32,110 nucleotides of DNA from an uncultured Pseudobdellovibrionaceae bacterium (GCA_964388755.1 CAYMBT010000002.1:1-32110); one strand, 5' to 3'; positions 16,535-25,409 are shown, counted from the first letter of the stretch. Made by a program: numbers and translations. Notes: generated by a model from the sequence alone, not told the origin.

Positions 16535-17646
16535 AGCGATCTCACACAAGATACTCTGGTAAATGTGTTACCGTCTGCATAGACCGGTGAAGGAATACCC
16601 CTTTGAAAGTTGGCTGCTGGCAAGTCCGCAGGGGTGCCTGGGGCACAACCTTGGTATACAGAGAATCGAGCATTGGCATTAAGCTCAAAAGAAGCCACAC
16701 CAGACACCGTTTGACTTGTATAAGGACCTGTCATCCCAGAGGCAATATTGTAGGTGTTTGCAGGTGTCGTCATGTTATGGAGTTCAATCTTAAATCCCGC
16801 AGGCATATGATAAACTTGGGCCGAGACTGTACAAATATAAGTCCCAGGCCTTAAAACAAAACTTGTGGCATTTGAACTGACCACGTTACTACCGATATCA
16901 TGGGCTATGGCTGCAAGTGGGCCAGCCTGAAGACTTCGATATACTCCAGTTCCAGCAGGGCATGTTCCACTACGAGCAAAAGCGCCATTGTTCTGATAAT
17001 GGCGAACTTCAAGAGGTTCATATCTCATGAGATCACCGCGGTTAAAGTCAATTCTATAAGCACCAACGTTAATGTTATTTGATGGATCTGATTTGTTAGC
17101 TGGGTTAACTACTAAATCACCAACCACATGCACCACCGGTTTATTACAAGGATTCACACCACCTGGGCAACGAGCAGTCCAACGCAAATTGTATCTAAAG
17201 GGGCAAAGATTGTTACCCGTCGTAGCATTAAAAGTGTTACAAAGAACACCCTCTGGACTAAAGCCACCTGTTGCTGAAGCACCCTGAAAAACAAGAGTGT
17301 TCGCCCGATTATAAATATTGAAATTCGTTTGAACTGCACCATCAGCACAGTTTCCAACGGTGTCTCGAAGACAGTTGAGTGTGGTGTTGTTTGTCGCGTG
17401 AATCACAGAGTTGGCCCAAGCATTATTGTCTTTAATGTTGGCTTCAATCAAATTCTTCATTTGCAGAAGAACGTCTTTTTTCTCGGTCTTTTTTTGAATG
17501 GAAACCATATTGGTGAGAAGAGAAGACATCCCAAGACCAACAAGACTCATGATGGTCACAACCACCATCATCTCAACTAGGGATAAACCCTTTTGGTTAC
17601 CAAGGTTACGAACAAAAAAACGAGATAAAAATGATTTGTTTTTCAT
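16531..17646 (-). CDS. prepilin-type N-terminal cleavage/methylation domain protein (large type IVb-like pilin or pseudopilin)
   Basis: Leader MKNKSFLSRFFVRNLGNQKG | LSLVEMMVVVTIMSLVGLGM has Gly-1, Glu+5 and a hydrophobic helix. The mature region is about 350 aa with 10 Cys. The ATG at 17646 is preferred; an alternative ATG lies at 17664. Confidence 0.8.
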   Translation of the reverse strand: MKNKSFLSRFFVRNLGNQKGLSLVEMMVVVTIMSLVGLGMSSLLTNMVSIQKKTEKKDVLLQMKNLIEANIKDNNAWANSVIHATNNTTLNCLRDTVGNCADGAVQTNFNIYNRANTLVFQGASATGGFSPEGVLCNTFNATTGNNLCPFRYNLRWTARCPGGVNPCNKPVVHVVGDLVVNPANKSDPSNNINVGAYRIDFNRGDLMRYEPLEVRHYQNNGAFARSGTCPAGTGVYRSLQAGPLAAIAHDIGSNVVSSNATSFVLRPGTYICTVSAQVYHMPAGFKIELHNMTTPANTYNIASGMTGPYTSQTVSGVASFELNANARFSVYQGCAPGTPADLPAANFQRGIPSPVYADGNTFTRVSCVRSL

Positions 17647-17821
17647 ACAGGTTACGCCCACCATTATGATGATATTGTAACCTCAATATTTTCAATAAAG
17701 TTAATAAAAAATGATCACTTTTTCATGAACTCGTCTAATCGCGACCTCATGGCAATTTTTCTTAGAATACTCGTTCATTCTGAGACAACGGTTAAATAAA
17801 TTCACTCTACAAAAGTCTGGA

Positions 17822-18142
17822 TCAAAATGAGAAATGAAGGGGTAAAACAATACCACTCAGAGCACCAATCGCATTGGCACCCATATCGTTATAATCATAT
17901 CTTGCGTCTTGCATCTCTTTGGCCTGCCCCACTAAAAGAGTTAAAGCTAAAGTCAACGCCACGGAATGTACTTTTGAGAAATTTTTTGAGCGCATGGTTA
18001 GATAAGCCGGTCCCGCAATAGCGTTTGAGACAGCAAAATGCTTTTGCTTATCCTCTTGGCCCATGTCTAAAGCAAAGACATCCATGGGTAAGAATAGACA
18101 GATAAATACGACAAGTATGATTTGAGTCCGTTGGTGAATCAT
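17822..18142 (-). CDS. small exported/membrane protein, hypothetical (possibly DUF2279/YfiM-like)
   Basis: Signal-like N-terminus IILVVFICLFLPMDVFA and a DKQKHF...S motif. The ATG at 18142 is preferred to the TTG at 18160. The family call is tentative. Confidence 0.45.
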   Translation of the reverse strand: MIHQRTQIILVVFICLFLPMDVFALDMGQEDKQKHFAVSNAIAGPAYLTMRSKNFSKVHSVALTLALTLLVGQAKEMQDARYDYNDMGANAIGALSGIVLPLHFSF

Positions 18143-18255
18143 TTTATTGTTAGATTTCAAAAAACATACCGTTTTAGGCCCCCTTATTGAAAAATATTCC
18201 CTACAAAATACCTTTCAAATCTGTATAATCCCCACTTCCTTAATGAGGAGTTTTT

Positions 18256-19950
18256 TTGGGGAAACTGAATCTTCTAGTTTCAATTTTTATTTTTTGCTTG
18301 GCTCAAAAAGCCCAGTCCCAAGTTCTTTTTGTACAGTGGAGTGACGTTCATTCGGCTTTAAAAAGCTTTACTCAACAAATTCTTGCCATAGACAATTCAG
18401 CCCAAGATTTTTTAATGAGAAATCCCAAAGGAGAAGTGGTGATCGTCGTTAATGGCGACTTCACATCGATCAACCCCATGAATATTAAAGAGGGTGGATG
18501 GATTTCAATGGATGGCCTAAAACTACTTAAACAACGCGGTTACACCCTTCTTTTTATACCAGGCAATCACGATGCTTTTGATTGGACCGTTCGTATCAAT
18601 GGGGCTGATCTTTTTTTAGAACAAATGAAAGCCCTCAAAGAAGCCGGTGTCACCATACTTGCTGAAAACTTTATAGGCAAAAATCCAGAGTTCCAAAAGA
18701 TCACAAGCCCGTCTTACCGACTCAAAACCCTCAAAGCCCCCTCCCATATTGTGGGTCTGACTCTTCCCACTTTAATGAGCAAATCTAATCTCAGCGAAGA
18801 AAATGCCTCACGTCTTTTTACTGGCATCGAAACTTATCATGAGAGCATGGATCGGATATTACCAAAAATGGCTCAAAACGGAGTCAGCAATATTTTTTGG
18901 TCCATCCATCAGGGGCATATGAAACTTCAACGCCAAGTTTTAAGAATTATTAACGAGACCTTAGTGCGCCATTCAATAAATGTAAAAACACCGCTCATGA
19001 TGGGTGGGCATGATCATCAAGTGGCGTCCTACAGAACTCGCGGCACCCATATCAGTGATGGAGGATCCCATGGGTCAATGAACATCATCGAGGTAGATGA
19101 GTTGGGTCGGATCTCACAAAAGAATTTTCGTCATATTGGGATATCCGAGGACTCACTTAATCAAATTAAGCCAGAGTCTTTTCAATGGGGTCAAAAATAT
19201 TTAAATTCGATCAGTGAAGCAGAAATCTTACAACAGGATTGGCTTAAACCTTTTCATCAAAGAGTATCGAATCTTGTCAGCACATCAGAAAAACGATTAG
19301 CAAGAGTTCTTGGGCAGACCAGAGGTATAGATCTCCATAAGGCCCATCTTAAACAAGGCCCTAATGAACTGGGAAATTTAATTGCTGAATCCCTTGTCTC
19401 TTGGGCTAAAACTTTGGGTATTATTCAAAAAAACACAACCCCCATTATTGCCATGATCAATTCAAGTTCCTACCGCCTTGAGGCACCTATTCCTGCTGGC
19501 GAGATGACAGAGTTTGTATTTAGAAATATGTATCCCTTTAATAATGAAGCCACACTTTATTATCTCTCTGGCCAAGAGATCAAAGATCTTTATTTTAGCC
19601 TCAGAAGAGTTTATTCGAACAGTGATAAAACACTTTTTAGCCCCCATCTTAATTATGATGCCAAAGAAGTGAACGGAGATTTATTGATCAAAGAAAATGG
19701 TCAATGGAATAAGATCGATACCAAAAACTCATACTGGATTGTTATTGACGGTTGGCTTTCTGATCACCGATTTGAGCAAAGTTACAGAATAAAAGAATGG
19801 CTTGAAATTTTATCACGCAACCGACCTCGCGCGACTCGCCCCTATCAAGATGTTTTAGTCAAGTTTATGCCCCCACTGATCGAGAACCATGAACAATTAG
19901 GACCTCGCCCCCTACAGTGTCGATTCGCTTTTCAACTTGTATTGAATTAA
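18256..19950 (+). CDS. secreted bifunctional metallophosphoesterase / 5'-nucleotidase-like protein (UshA-like)
   Basis: Calcineurin-like motifs WSDVHS, NGDFT, GNHDAFDW and GGHDH, plus a C-terminal 5'-nucleotidase-like domain and a signal peptide. The TTG start has GAGGAG 5 nt upstream. Confidence 0.8.
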   Translation: MGKLNLLVSIFIFCLAQKAQSQVLFVQWSDVHSALKSFTQQILAIDNSAQDFLMRNPKGEVVIVVNGDFTSINPMNIKEGGWISMDGLKLLKQRGYTLLFIPGNHDAFDWTVRINGADLFLEQMKALKEAGVTILAENFIGKNPEFQKITSPSYRLKTLKAPSHIVGLTLPTLMSKSNLSEENASRLFTGIETYHESMDRILPKMAQNGVSNIFWSIHQGHMKLQRQVLRIINETLVRHSINVKTPLMMGGHDHQVASYRTRGTHISDGGSHGSMNIIEVDELGRISQKNFRHIGISEDSLNQIKPESFQWGQKYLNSISEAEILQQDWLKPFHQRVSNLVSTSEKRLARVLGQTRGIDLHKAHLKQGPNELGNLIAESLVSWAKTLGIIQKNTTPIIAMINSSSYRLEAPIPAGEMTEFVFRNMYPFNNEATLYYLSGQEIKDLYFSLRRVYSNSDKTLFSPHLNYDAKEVNGDLLIKENGQWNKIDTKNSYWIVIDGWLSDHRFEQSYRIKEWLEILSRNRPRATRPYQDVLVKFMPPLIENHEQLGPRPLQCRFAFQLVLN

Positions 19951-20007
19951 GAGAAATTTCTTTAAAAACTGGCTTATAAAATAGAGGATAACGGAAACTC
20001 GCTCATT

Positions 20008-21324
20008 TCAAGATTCCTTGAGTTTTTCAACCTGAGTCAAACCCCACTTAAAAATAATGGGACCAAAAATTTCGTTAAGGGTGACAACGGCAATGGCCAG
20101 AGACGCAATTTGAGGCCCAATCAAAGGGATCTTATCGTAAACAATAATGGCTAAGCCAATAGATAAACCCGCTTGAGAAATGAACGGAGTAAATCCATAT
20201 TTTTTAAGTGAGTCTGGACTTTTTGCCCAATGATGGGCCCTGTTTTCTGAAAGCCATGTCATAAAAACTCTCACTAAAAAAAGCATCACAACAATCGGCC
20301 AAATCGCCACGATCTCTTTAAGATGAAGAGACGCACCGGCCGTCGCAAAAAAGAGGATCATGATTACAGACGATAGCGACTCGATGGTCGAAATCAATTT
20401 CTCGGACTGTTTAGAAAAATTAGTCACCACAAAACCTGCCACCACAAAAACTAGCAAAGTATCGTAGTGCAGATACGAACACATGGCAGTGACACCGTAA
20501 GAGATAACAACAATAAAAAGCATAGTTTCTCTTTTTATGAGCCATAAATAAAAGATAATAAAAAGACCAAAGAATGTTCCTGCCGCAATAGAGGCAATGA
20601 TTTCGCCGACGAGCGGAGTTAAAATAGAGATGGAAAATTCTTTATCAGGATTTAAAACTGAAGTGGCTAGTGTGATTACAATTGAAAATAAAACCAAAAC
20701 TAAAACATCAAGAACAACAACAATCCCTAAAGCGTGTTCCGAAAGTTTATTTTTAATTTTTGTTTCGCCAAGAATAGCGACAACAGCCGCTGGGGATTTT
20801 GAAATCGCAATGGTCGCAAATACAGCAGACAAAACAATCACAGTTCCAAGCTCTAACCCTTGAAACTCAGGAAAGAAATCTCTCAGCAGAACCATGGCAC
20901 CAGTCACACCAAAGCCAATTATAAAAATATGAGTCCAAGTGGCATAAAATAGGCTCTTAAAATTGTTTTTTAGCATGCTCATGGTGAACTCACTACCGGC
21001 ATGAAGGGCGATCAGCGCCAGCGCCAGTGAGTTCACAAGCCTGAGCTGCTCGACCTGTTGGTCTTCAACAATTGACAAAACAGATGATCCACTGAGAATT
21101 CCAGCAGCTAAATATCCCGTAAGACTGGGTAGCCCCACCATCTGACAAAGTCGTCCCATAGCAATGCCACCGAGAACTAAAAAGCCTAAACCAAAAAGAG
21201 CATTTCTTTGTAACGGAAGTTCAAAAAAATGGTCGATGGACAAATAACTGACAAGTACAAGGGCTACGGCTGTGAGGCTTTTAAAAACTATTCGCCAACT
21301 AATGGTTTCAACAGGTCCGCTCAT
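20008..21324 (-). CDS. cation:proton antiporter, CPA2 family (membrane domain only, no RCK/KTN domain)
   Basis: GYLAAGILSG, LALIALHAGSEF and AISKSPAAVVAILGE motifs with about 12 TM segments. The ATG overlaps the upstream stop (ATGA). Confidence 0.85.
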   Translation of the reverse strand: MSGPVETISWRIVFKSLTAVALVLVSYLSIDHFFELPLQRNALFGLGFLVLGGIAMGRLCQMVGLPSLTGYLAAGILSGSSVLSIVEDQQVEQLRLVNSLALALIALHAGSEFTMSMLKNNFKSLFYATWTHIFIIGFGVTGAMVLLRDFFPEFQGLELGTVIVLSAVFATIAISKSPAAVVAILGETKIKNKLSEHALGIVVVLDVLVLVLFSIVITLATSVLNPDKEFSISILTPLVGEIIASIAAGTFFGLFIIFYLWLIKRETMLFIVVISYGVTAMCSYLHYDTLLVFVVAGFVVTNFSKQSEKLISTIESLSSVIMILFFATAGASLHLKEIVAIWPIVVMLFLVRVFMTWLSENRAHHWAKSPDSLKKYGFTPFISQAGLSIGLAIIVYDKIPLIGPQIASLAIAVVTLNEIFGPIIFKWGLTQVEKLKES

Positions 21325-22436
21325 GCTACCCCATCCTCACTTGAAGTTTGTCCCCAAACTAGTTCAAGCAAAAGTGCTAAAACATCATTGACTATAAAAG
21401 CGATACAAAAAGTGCTTAAAATAAACTGGGTTTGGGGGCTTCTAAATTCAGACAAGTGAAGGGATAAAGAAACAATAATAGCTAAAGAAGATATGGGTAT
21501 CATTTGAGTTAAAATTTCGATAAGAACCATTTTTCTGAGACCAAACCAGACAATGCTCCATTTGATGCAAAAACGCAGCAAACAAAGAATCACACCTAAA
21601 GTGAGAGTTTCAAAACTCAAATCTAAAAAGAGTCCTGCAAAAAAAGCTGTGATCAATAGTAACGGCGGCTCGGTTTCTTTAAGTTTAGGGTCGCTGCAAA
21701 TTCCGTATTTGTGAATGAGACTTAATGTCCAGCCAAGGGATAAACCCACGATCACTTCAAGCAGTCCCATTGAAACAGCCCAACCTGCACCAAGAACGCA
21801 AAGTCCTAAAAGTGTCAGTCGAGCATAGGAATCCAGTTCTTGTCTTGTGCTAATAATCAGACGGCAGACAAATCCCAGCAGGACTCCGATAAGTGTTGGA
21901 TAAATCAGTCCGGTGTATGAAGAGATAAAATTGAGTTCAGGATTAAGCCACTGAAAAAGGCTCACAAAAAAGACAAATAAAAGAAAAGGGTTCTCTTTAG
22001 TACTAAAAATAAGGGAGCTGAGCATCAGTGATATTAAAACAGCACTGGTCACGGTCTCATCCATCTGAAAAAGAGGGGTGGTAACCCCTTTTTTAAAAAC
22101 AATGAAACTGATAAAAATAAAACTCAAAAAAAGAAAAAGTAAGTAGGTTAAGTAAGTCGGAACAAGCTTCTGAAAATTGGCAAAACTAATTTTTTTCTCG
22201 CTCAAGCGAATACCAGCTAGAAATGTGAGCCATAATAGAGCGACCTTCACTGCCCAACTTAAACTGTCACGGGTTGATGGCAAAAGGGGCATAAGTCCGT
22301 AATCCGGTGAGCACAACACCCCTAATACTAATGGTATAGATAAAAATGAAAATGATTTCGCGCGACTAATAAAATCCAAATTTGAAAATAGGATGGTCAG
22401 CGAAAAAAGCCCCAACAGGATCAAAATAGCGTTCAA
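21321..22436 (-). CDS. polytopic membrane protein, divergent Na+/H+-exchanger-like
   Basis: About 10-11 TM helices. FLAGIRL and TSAVLISLMLSSL loosely resemble CPA motifs. The TTG start overlaps the upstream stop (TTGA). Confidence 0.5.
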   Translation of the reverse strand: MNAILILLGLFSLTILFSNLDFISRAKSFSFLSIPLVLGVLCSPDYGLMPLLPSTRDSLSWAVKVALLWLTFLAGIRLSEKKISFANFQKLVPTYLTYLLFLFLSFIFISFIVFKKGVTTPLFQMDETVTSAVLISLMLSSLIFSTKENPFLLFVFFVSLFQWLNPELNFISSYTGLIYPTLIGVLLGFVCRLIISTRQELDSYARLTLLGLCVLGAGWAVSMGLLEVIVGLSLGWTLSLIHKYGICSDPKLKETEPPLLLITAFFAGLFLDLSFETLTLGVILCLLRFCIKWSIVWFGLRKMVLIEILTQMIPISSLAIIVSLSLHLSEFRSPQTQFILSTFCIAFIVNDVLALLLELVWGQTSSEDGVA

Positions 22437-24076
22437 GTTGAAATCTCCTGAAAGTTTTCTGTCATTTGAATTTCACCTTTGTCTTGGGCGCGAGAAAAAA
22501 TCTCGTACAAAAGATTGGTGTCTTCGTTGCGAAAATCAGAAGTTTTTAATGCCAATTGGAAAGAGCTCTCGCTTAAACCCCGGCATTGGATAATAACTGT
22601 CTTCTCTTCGGGCATGAGCTTTTTAATCTTTTCAAAGGTTTCAGTTAGACCCGTTGTTTTTTTAATCGCAAAATGAAACTCACGCGGCGGGGCCTCTCGA
22701 CTCTCTGAAAACGAATTAAATAAAAGTCGAATCATGGGTATATGTACCCTTCCCCCTTTATGGGGAACAAGAGTCAGTTGATGAAGATGAATATCGGTGA
22801 CTTCACCACTCAGCTCGCCCACTTGTATCCACTCGCCCACTCGAATATGACCTTGCCAAATAATAAAACTACCCGCTGCAATAGATGCCAGAACTGGTAA
22901 CTGAGCCAGGGTTAAGACAACTGCGGCACCCACAAAAATAAATTCTAAAGGTGTATTAAAACGTCCAAAAATAGAAGCCACAGTCAGCGGTAAAAAGAAA
23001 ACAATTAGAATAGCTGGTCCCCAAAAATCAACCACAGGCGTGCGATTTTCTTGCAAAAACTTCCAAGAGATTCGACCTGACCGAACACCTTTAAGATAAA
23101 GATGAAGAACTTTTAAGGAGAGCTGTAAAATAAAAAGTAAAGAGAACGCAAGGATCAGCCCTGGTATGGATTCGAGTAAAGACTGGAGGACCTTAAAAGT
23201 TCCAGCTAAAAGCTCGGCAAAAAAACTACCCATCAAATTTCGGCTAAAAGTAAACTGACCAAAGATGGCAGCCGTTGTGGTTAACACAACCACAAGATAT
23301 GTGAGCATTCTCCCCAGAACGAGGAGAGAAGCTAAGAGTCCACCCAAAGTTTGCCCAGTAATTAAAGTTTCAGAGAGAAAAATAAGGGGCTTAAACTTAT
23401 CTTTTTTAATTTCAATCAAGCGATCAGCTTTATTAAAAAGAATAATCACGCGACGAAAAACAACAAAACCAAGGAGTCCAAAGAAAACTGAAAGAAAGAA
23501 CTTTAAAGCAAGCTTCTGAATCTTAAGTTGATCCAGAGTTTGAGAGACAAAAAGGCTCATCTCGCGAAAGGCAAAATCGGCATACTCTTGAAAGTTTTCA
23601 AAACCCGCAGCTTTTGCGTCTTTGCTAGTGAGTTCAAGAATTTTAAATCCCCTGACTTTGACTTCAATAAGACGAGGATTGATAAAATTCACTTCGACAA
23701 TTTGCCCATCGGGGTTAACCGGTTCATCCAAACTCATCGCTTTTTCAAGAGCAGTGCTTGCTTCTTGGGCACGCTTAAGCTTTGCCTTTTTATCATCCTC
23801 GTTTTGGTAGGCTATTTTAAAAAAAGTTTTTTCTTTAAATAGAATAGGGACCGATAAAATTTCTTTTTCAGCCTCAGCAATGGATTCGACCTCATTAGGT
23901 TTTGATTCCTTTAATTCCACTTCTTCATTATTTTTGACACCTTCAGCGGGATCGGGTTGAGGCCTATTGTCATTACGAACATCAATTGTATTATTATTGG
24001 TGTTCACAGGCTCTGTCTGAGCAAAAACTGAACTCACACTGATCTGAAAAATTAAGACTAATAAAATAAATGCCAT
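22433..24076 (-). CDS. mechanosensitive ion channel family (MscS-like) protein with a large N-terminal periplasmic domain
   Basis: GEWIQVGELSGEVTDIHLHQLTLVPHKGGRVHIP is the MscS beta-domain signature. Signal peptide MAFILLVLIFQISVSSVFA. The ATG at 24076 is preferred to the TTG at 24100. Confidence 0.85.
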   Translation of the reverse strand: MAFILLVLIFQISVSSVFAQTEPVNTNNNTIDVRNDNRPQPDPAEGVKNNEEVELKESKPNEVESIAEAEKEILSVPILFKEKTFFKIAYQNEDDKKAKLKRAQEASTALEKAMSLDEPVNPDGQIVEVNFINPRLIEVKVRGFKILELTSKDAKAAGFENFQEYADFAFREMSLFVSQTLDQLKIQKLALKFFLSVFFGLLGFVVFRRVIILFNKADRLIEIKKDKFKPLIFLSETLITGQTLGGLLASLLVLGRMLTYLVVVLTTTAAIFGQFTFSRNLMGSFFAELLAGTFKVLQSLLESIPGLILAFSLLFILQLSLKVLHLYLKGVRSGRISWKFLQENRTPVVDFWGPAILIVFFLPLTVASIFGRFNTPLEFIFVGAAVVLTLAQLPVLASIAAGSFIIWQGHIRVGEWIQVGELSGEVTDIHLHQLTLVPHKGGRVHIPMIRLLFNSFSESREAPPREFHFAIKKTTGLTETFEKIKKLMPEEKTVIIQCRGLSESSFQLALKTSDFRNEDTNLLYEIFSRAQDKGEIQMTENFQEIST

Positions 24077-24167
24077 ATAGTTCTTCACACCACACTCCAA
24101 ATTGAAAATTTATACATCTCAATCTAACTGATGCCCCCATTCCCGTGAAGAACACTTGCGTTATACA

Positions 24168-24219
24168 GGTACCAAGGTCCTTTTCCGGTGGACCTTTTGC
24201 GGAAAAGGAACTTGGTACC
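24168..24219. repeat. 20-bp-stem hairpin (19/20 paired, 12-nt loop) built from two inverted copies of a GGAAAAGGnnCTTGGTACC element
   Basis: ggtaccaaggtccttttccg (24168-24187) pairs with cggaaaaggaacttggtacc (24200-24219), checked base by base. Confidence 0.8.
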
Positions 24220-24224
24220 TTTTG
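24195..24224. repeat. 30-nt direct repeat, copy A (ttttgcggaaaaggaacttggtaccttttg)
   Basis: Matches copy B at 29 of 30 positions. Confidence 0.85.
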
Positions 24225-24357
24225 CGAGTCCATTTTTCGTAAACCAAGAGGAGCTTTTAAAAAATAATTTTGGAAGCTTTTCAGAGGATGTGTGTTTTTC
24301 GATATGAATTTAGATGAGGATATCGGGAAGTGCTTACAAAAAAGAAACATGGGATTT

Positions 24358-24387
24358 TTTTGCGGAAAAGGGACTTGGTACCTTTTG
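24358..24387. repeat. 30-nt direct repeat, copy B (ttttgcggaaaagggacttggtaccttttg), 7 nt from the 3' end of tRNA-Pro
   Basis: Matches copy A at 29 of 30 positions. Confidence 0.85.
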
Positions 24388-24394
24388 GGAAAGT

Positions 24395-24471
24395 TGGTCG
24401 GCCCGACTGGATTCGAACCAGCGACCTCAACCACCCCAAGGTTGCGCGCTACCAGGCTGCGCCACGGGCCG
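24395..24471 (-). tRNA. tRNA-Pro (anticodon GGG), CCA encoded
   Basis: The reverse complement folds as a cloverleaf: acceptor CGGCCCG/CGGGCCG, D arm GCGC..AGCCTGGTA..GCGC, anticodon stem CAACC/GGTTG with loop TTGGGGT, T arm GCTGG-TTCGAAT-CCAGT, then discriminator A and CCA. Total 77 nt. Confidence 0.93.
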
Positions 24472-24769
24472 ACACAGCAGACACTTGTCACCAAAAATGA
24501 CCGCCTTGTCAACGGGCTTTCTTGTGTCATTGGTCTTGAAGCAATTCAAAAGCCCTTACGGGCTAAGATCTTGCAGATTTATGCCTTTTTTATGACCCCC
24601 AGCACGACTCCAAAAAGCCAAAAAATGTAGAGTTTTATGATAAGAGTTTGGTCACCATGCTCTATTACCCCCACCAAGGTCTGTCACTACTGGTCCAACA
24701 AAAAATTAGACTCATCTTTATACATAAGTCTCCCGATAAAAGTTTATCAATTATTATGAGGGAGGTCCC

Positions 24770-25330
24770 ATGAGATCATTCATTACAATCTTCAATCTAA
24801 TCTTTTTAGCTTTATCTTTAAGCTTTTGTAGTTCTTCACCCAAAACTGAAGAGCCAGAGCTCACTGATGAGAACTATCAATCCAGCGGCGTTTTTGGAGA
24901 TATTGAAAACGAAGCTCGCAGCACAAGTTCTGAGCCCTACTCAGATGATGACTATGGTCAACTTGATGATGAAGATGCCAGTGATGAAGATCTTTTTACC
25001 AGCAACGAAGAAGTTGAGCCAGTCAAACCAGAACCGACGGCGAAGCCAAAACCACAAGCTATTCAAAAAGTCGTAAAGCAAAAAGTGCAAAAGTCCAATA
25101 AACCAAAAAAATCTCAAGCTATTAGCAGCTCACAATCCTCCGCATTTAGAAATGGAATGTACGGAGTCTCTAAGGATTGTAATATGCATGCCAAAGCCAG
25201 CTTACAGTCTAAAAAAGAAGGCACTGTTAACCGAGGTAAAAAACTTTGGATGGAAAACCATGATAAAAACTGGGTTAAAGTTTTTAAGAAAAGTGGTCCA
25301 GTGTTTATTAACAAAAACTGTTTACAGTAA
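24770..25330 (+). CDS. secreted protein (possible lipoprotein) with acidic and Lys/Pro-rich low-complexity linkers and a C-terminal SH3b-like domain
   Basis: Signal peptide ...FLALSLSFC; D/E-rich tract (DDDYGQLDDEDASDED); PKP/KQK-rich tract. The C-terminus GTVNRGKKLWMENHDKNWVKVFKKSGPVFINKNCL resembles bacterial SH3. GGAGG RBS. Confidence 0.6.
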   Translation: MRSFITIFNLIFLALSLSFCSSSPKTEEPELTDENYQSSGVFGDIENEARSTSSEPYSDDDYGQLDDEDASDEDLFTSNEEVEPVKPEPTAKPKPQAIQKVVKQKVQKSNKPKKSQAISSSQSSAFRNGMYGVSKDCNMHAKASLQSKKEGTVNRGKKLWMENHDKNWVKVFKKSGPVFINKNCLQ

Positions 25331-25356
25331 TTATTTTTTAAAACCTGATCTCATAA

Positions 25357-25399
25357 TAAAAAAAGGCCTCTCTTAAAAAAGAAGGCCTTTTGTTTTTTT
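25357..25399. terminator. bidirectional rho-independent terminator between convergent genes
   Basis: An A run, then aaggcct...aggcctt stem, then TTGTTTTTTT. Confidence 0.6.
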
Positions 25400-25409
25400 A
25401 ACTCTTATT

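Noticed and set aside
24395-24471. tRNA-Pro as an integration site for a genomic island
   Set aside because: There is no integrase, excisionase or phage/ICE gene on either side. The nearby direct repeats do not include the tRNA 3' end, so they are not att-type duplications.
23994-24630. ORFs of 178, 112 and 93 aa covering the tRNA-Pro region on both strands
   Set aside because: They read through or antisense to a well-folded tRNA and the repeat elements. They have no RBS and a biased composition caused by the tRNA sequence, so they are spurious.
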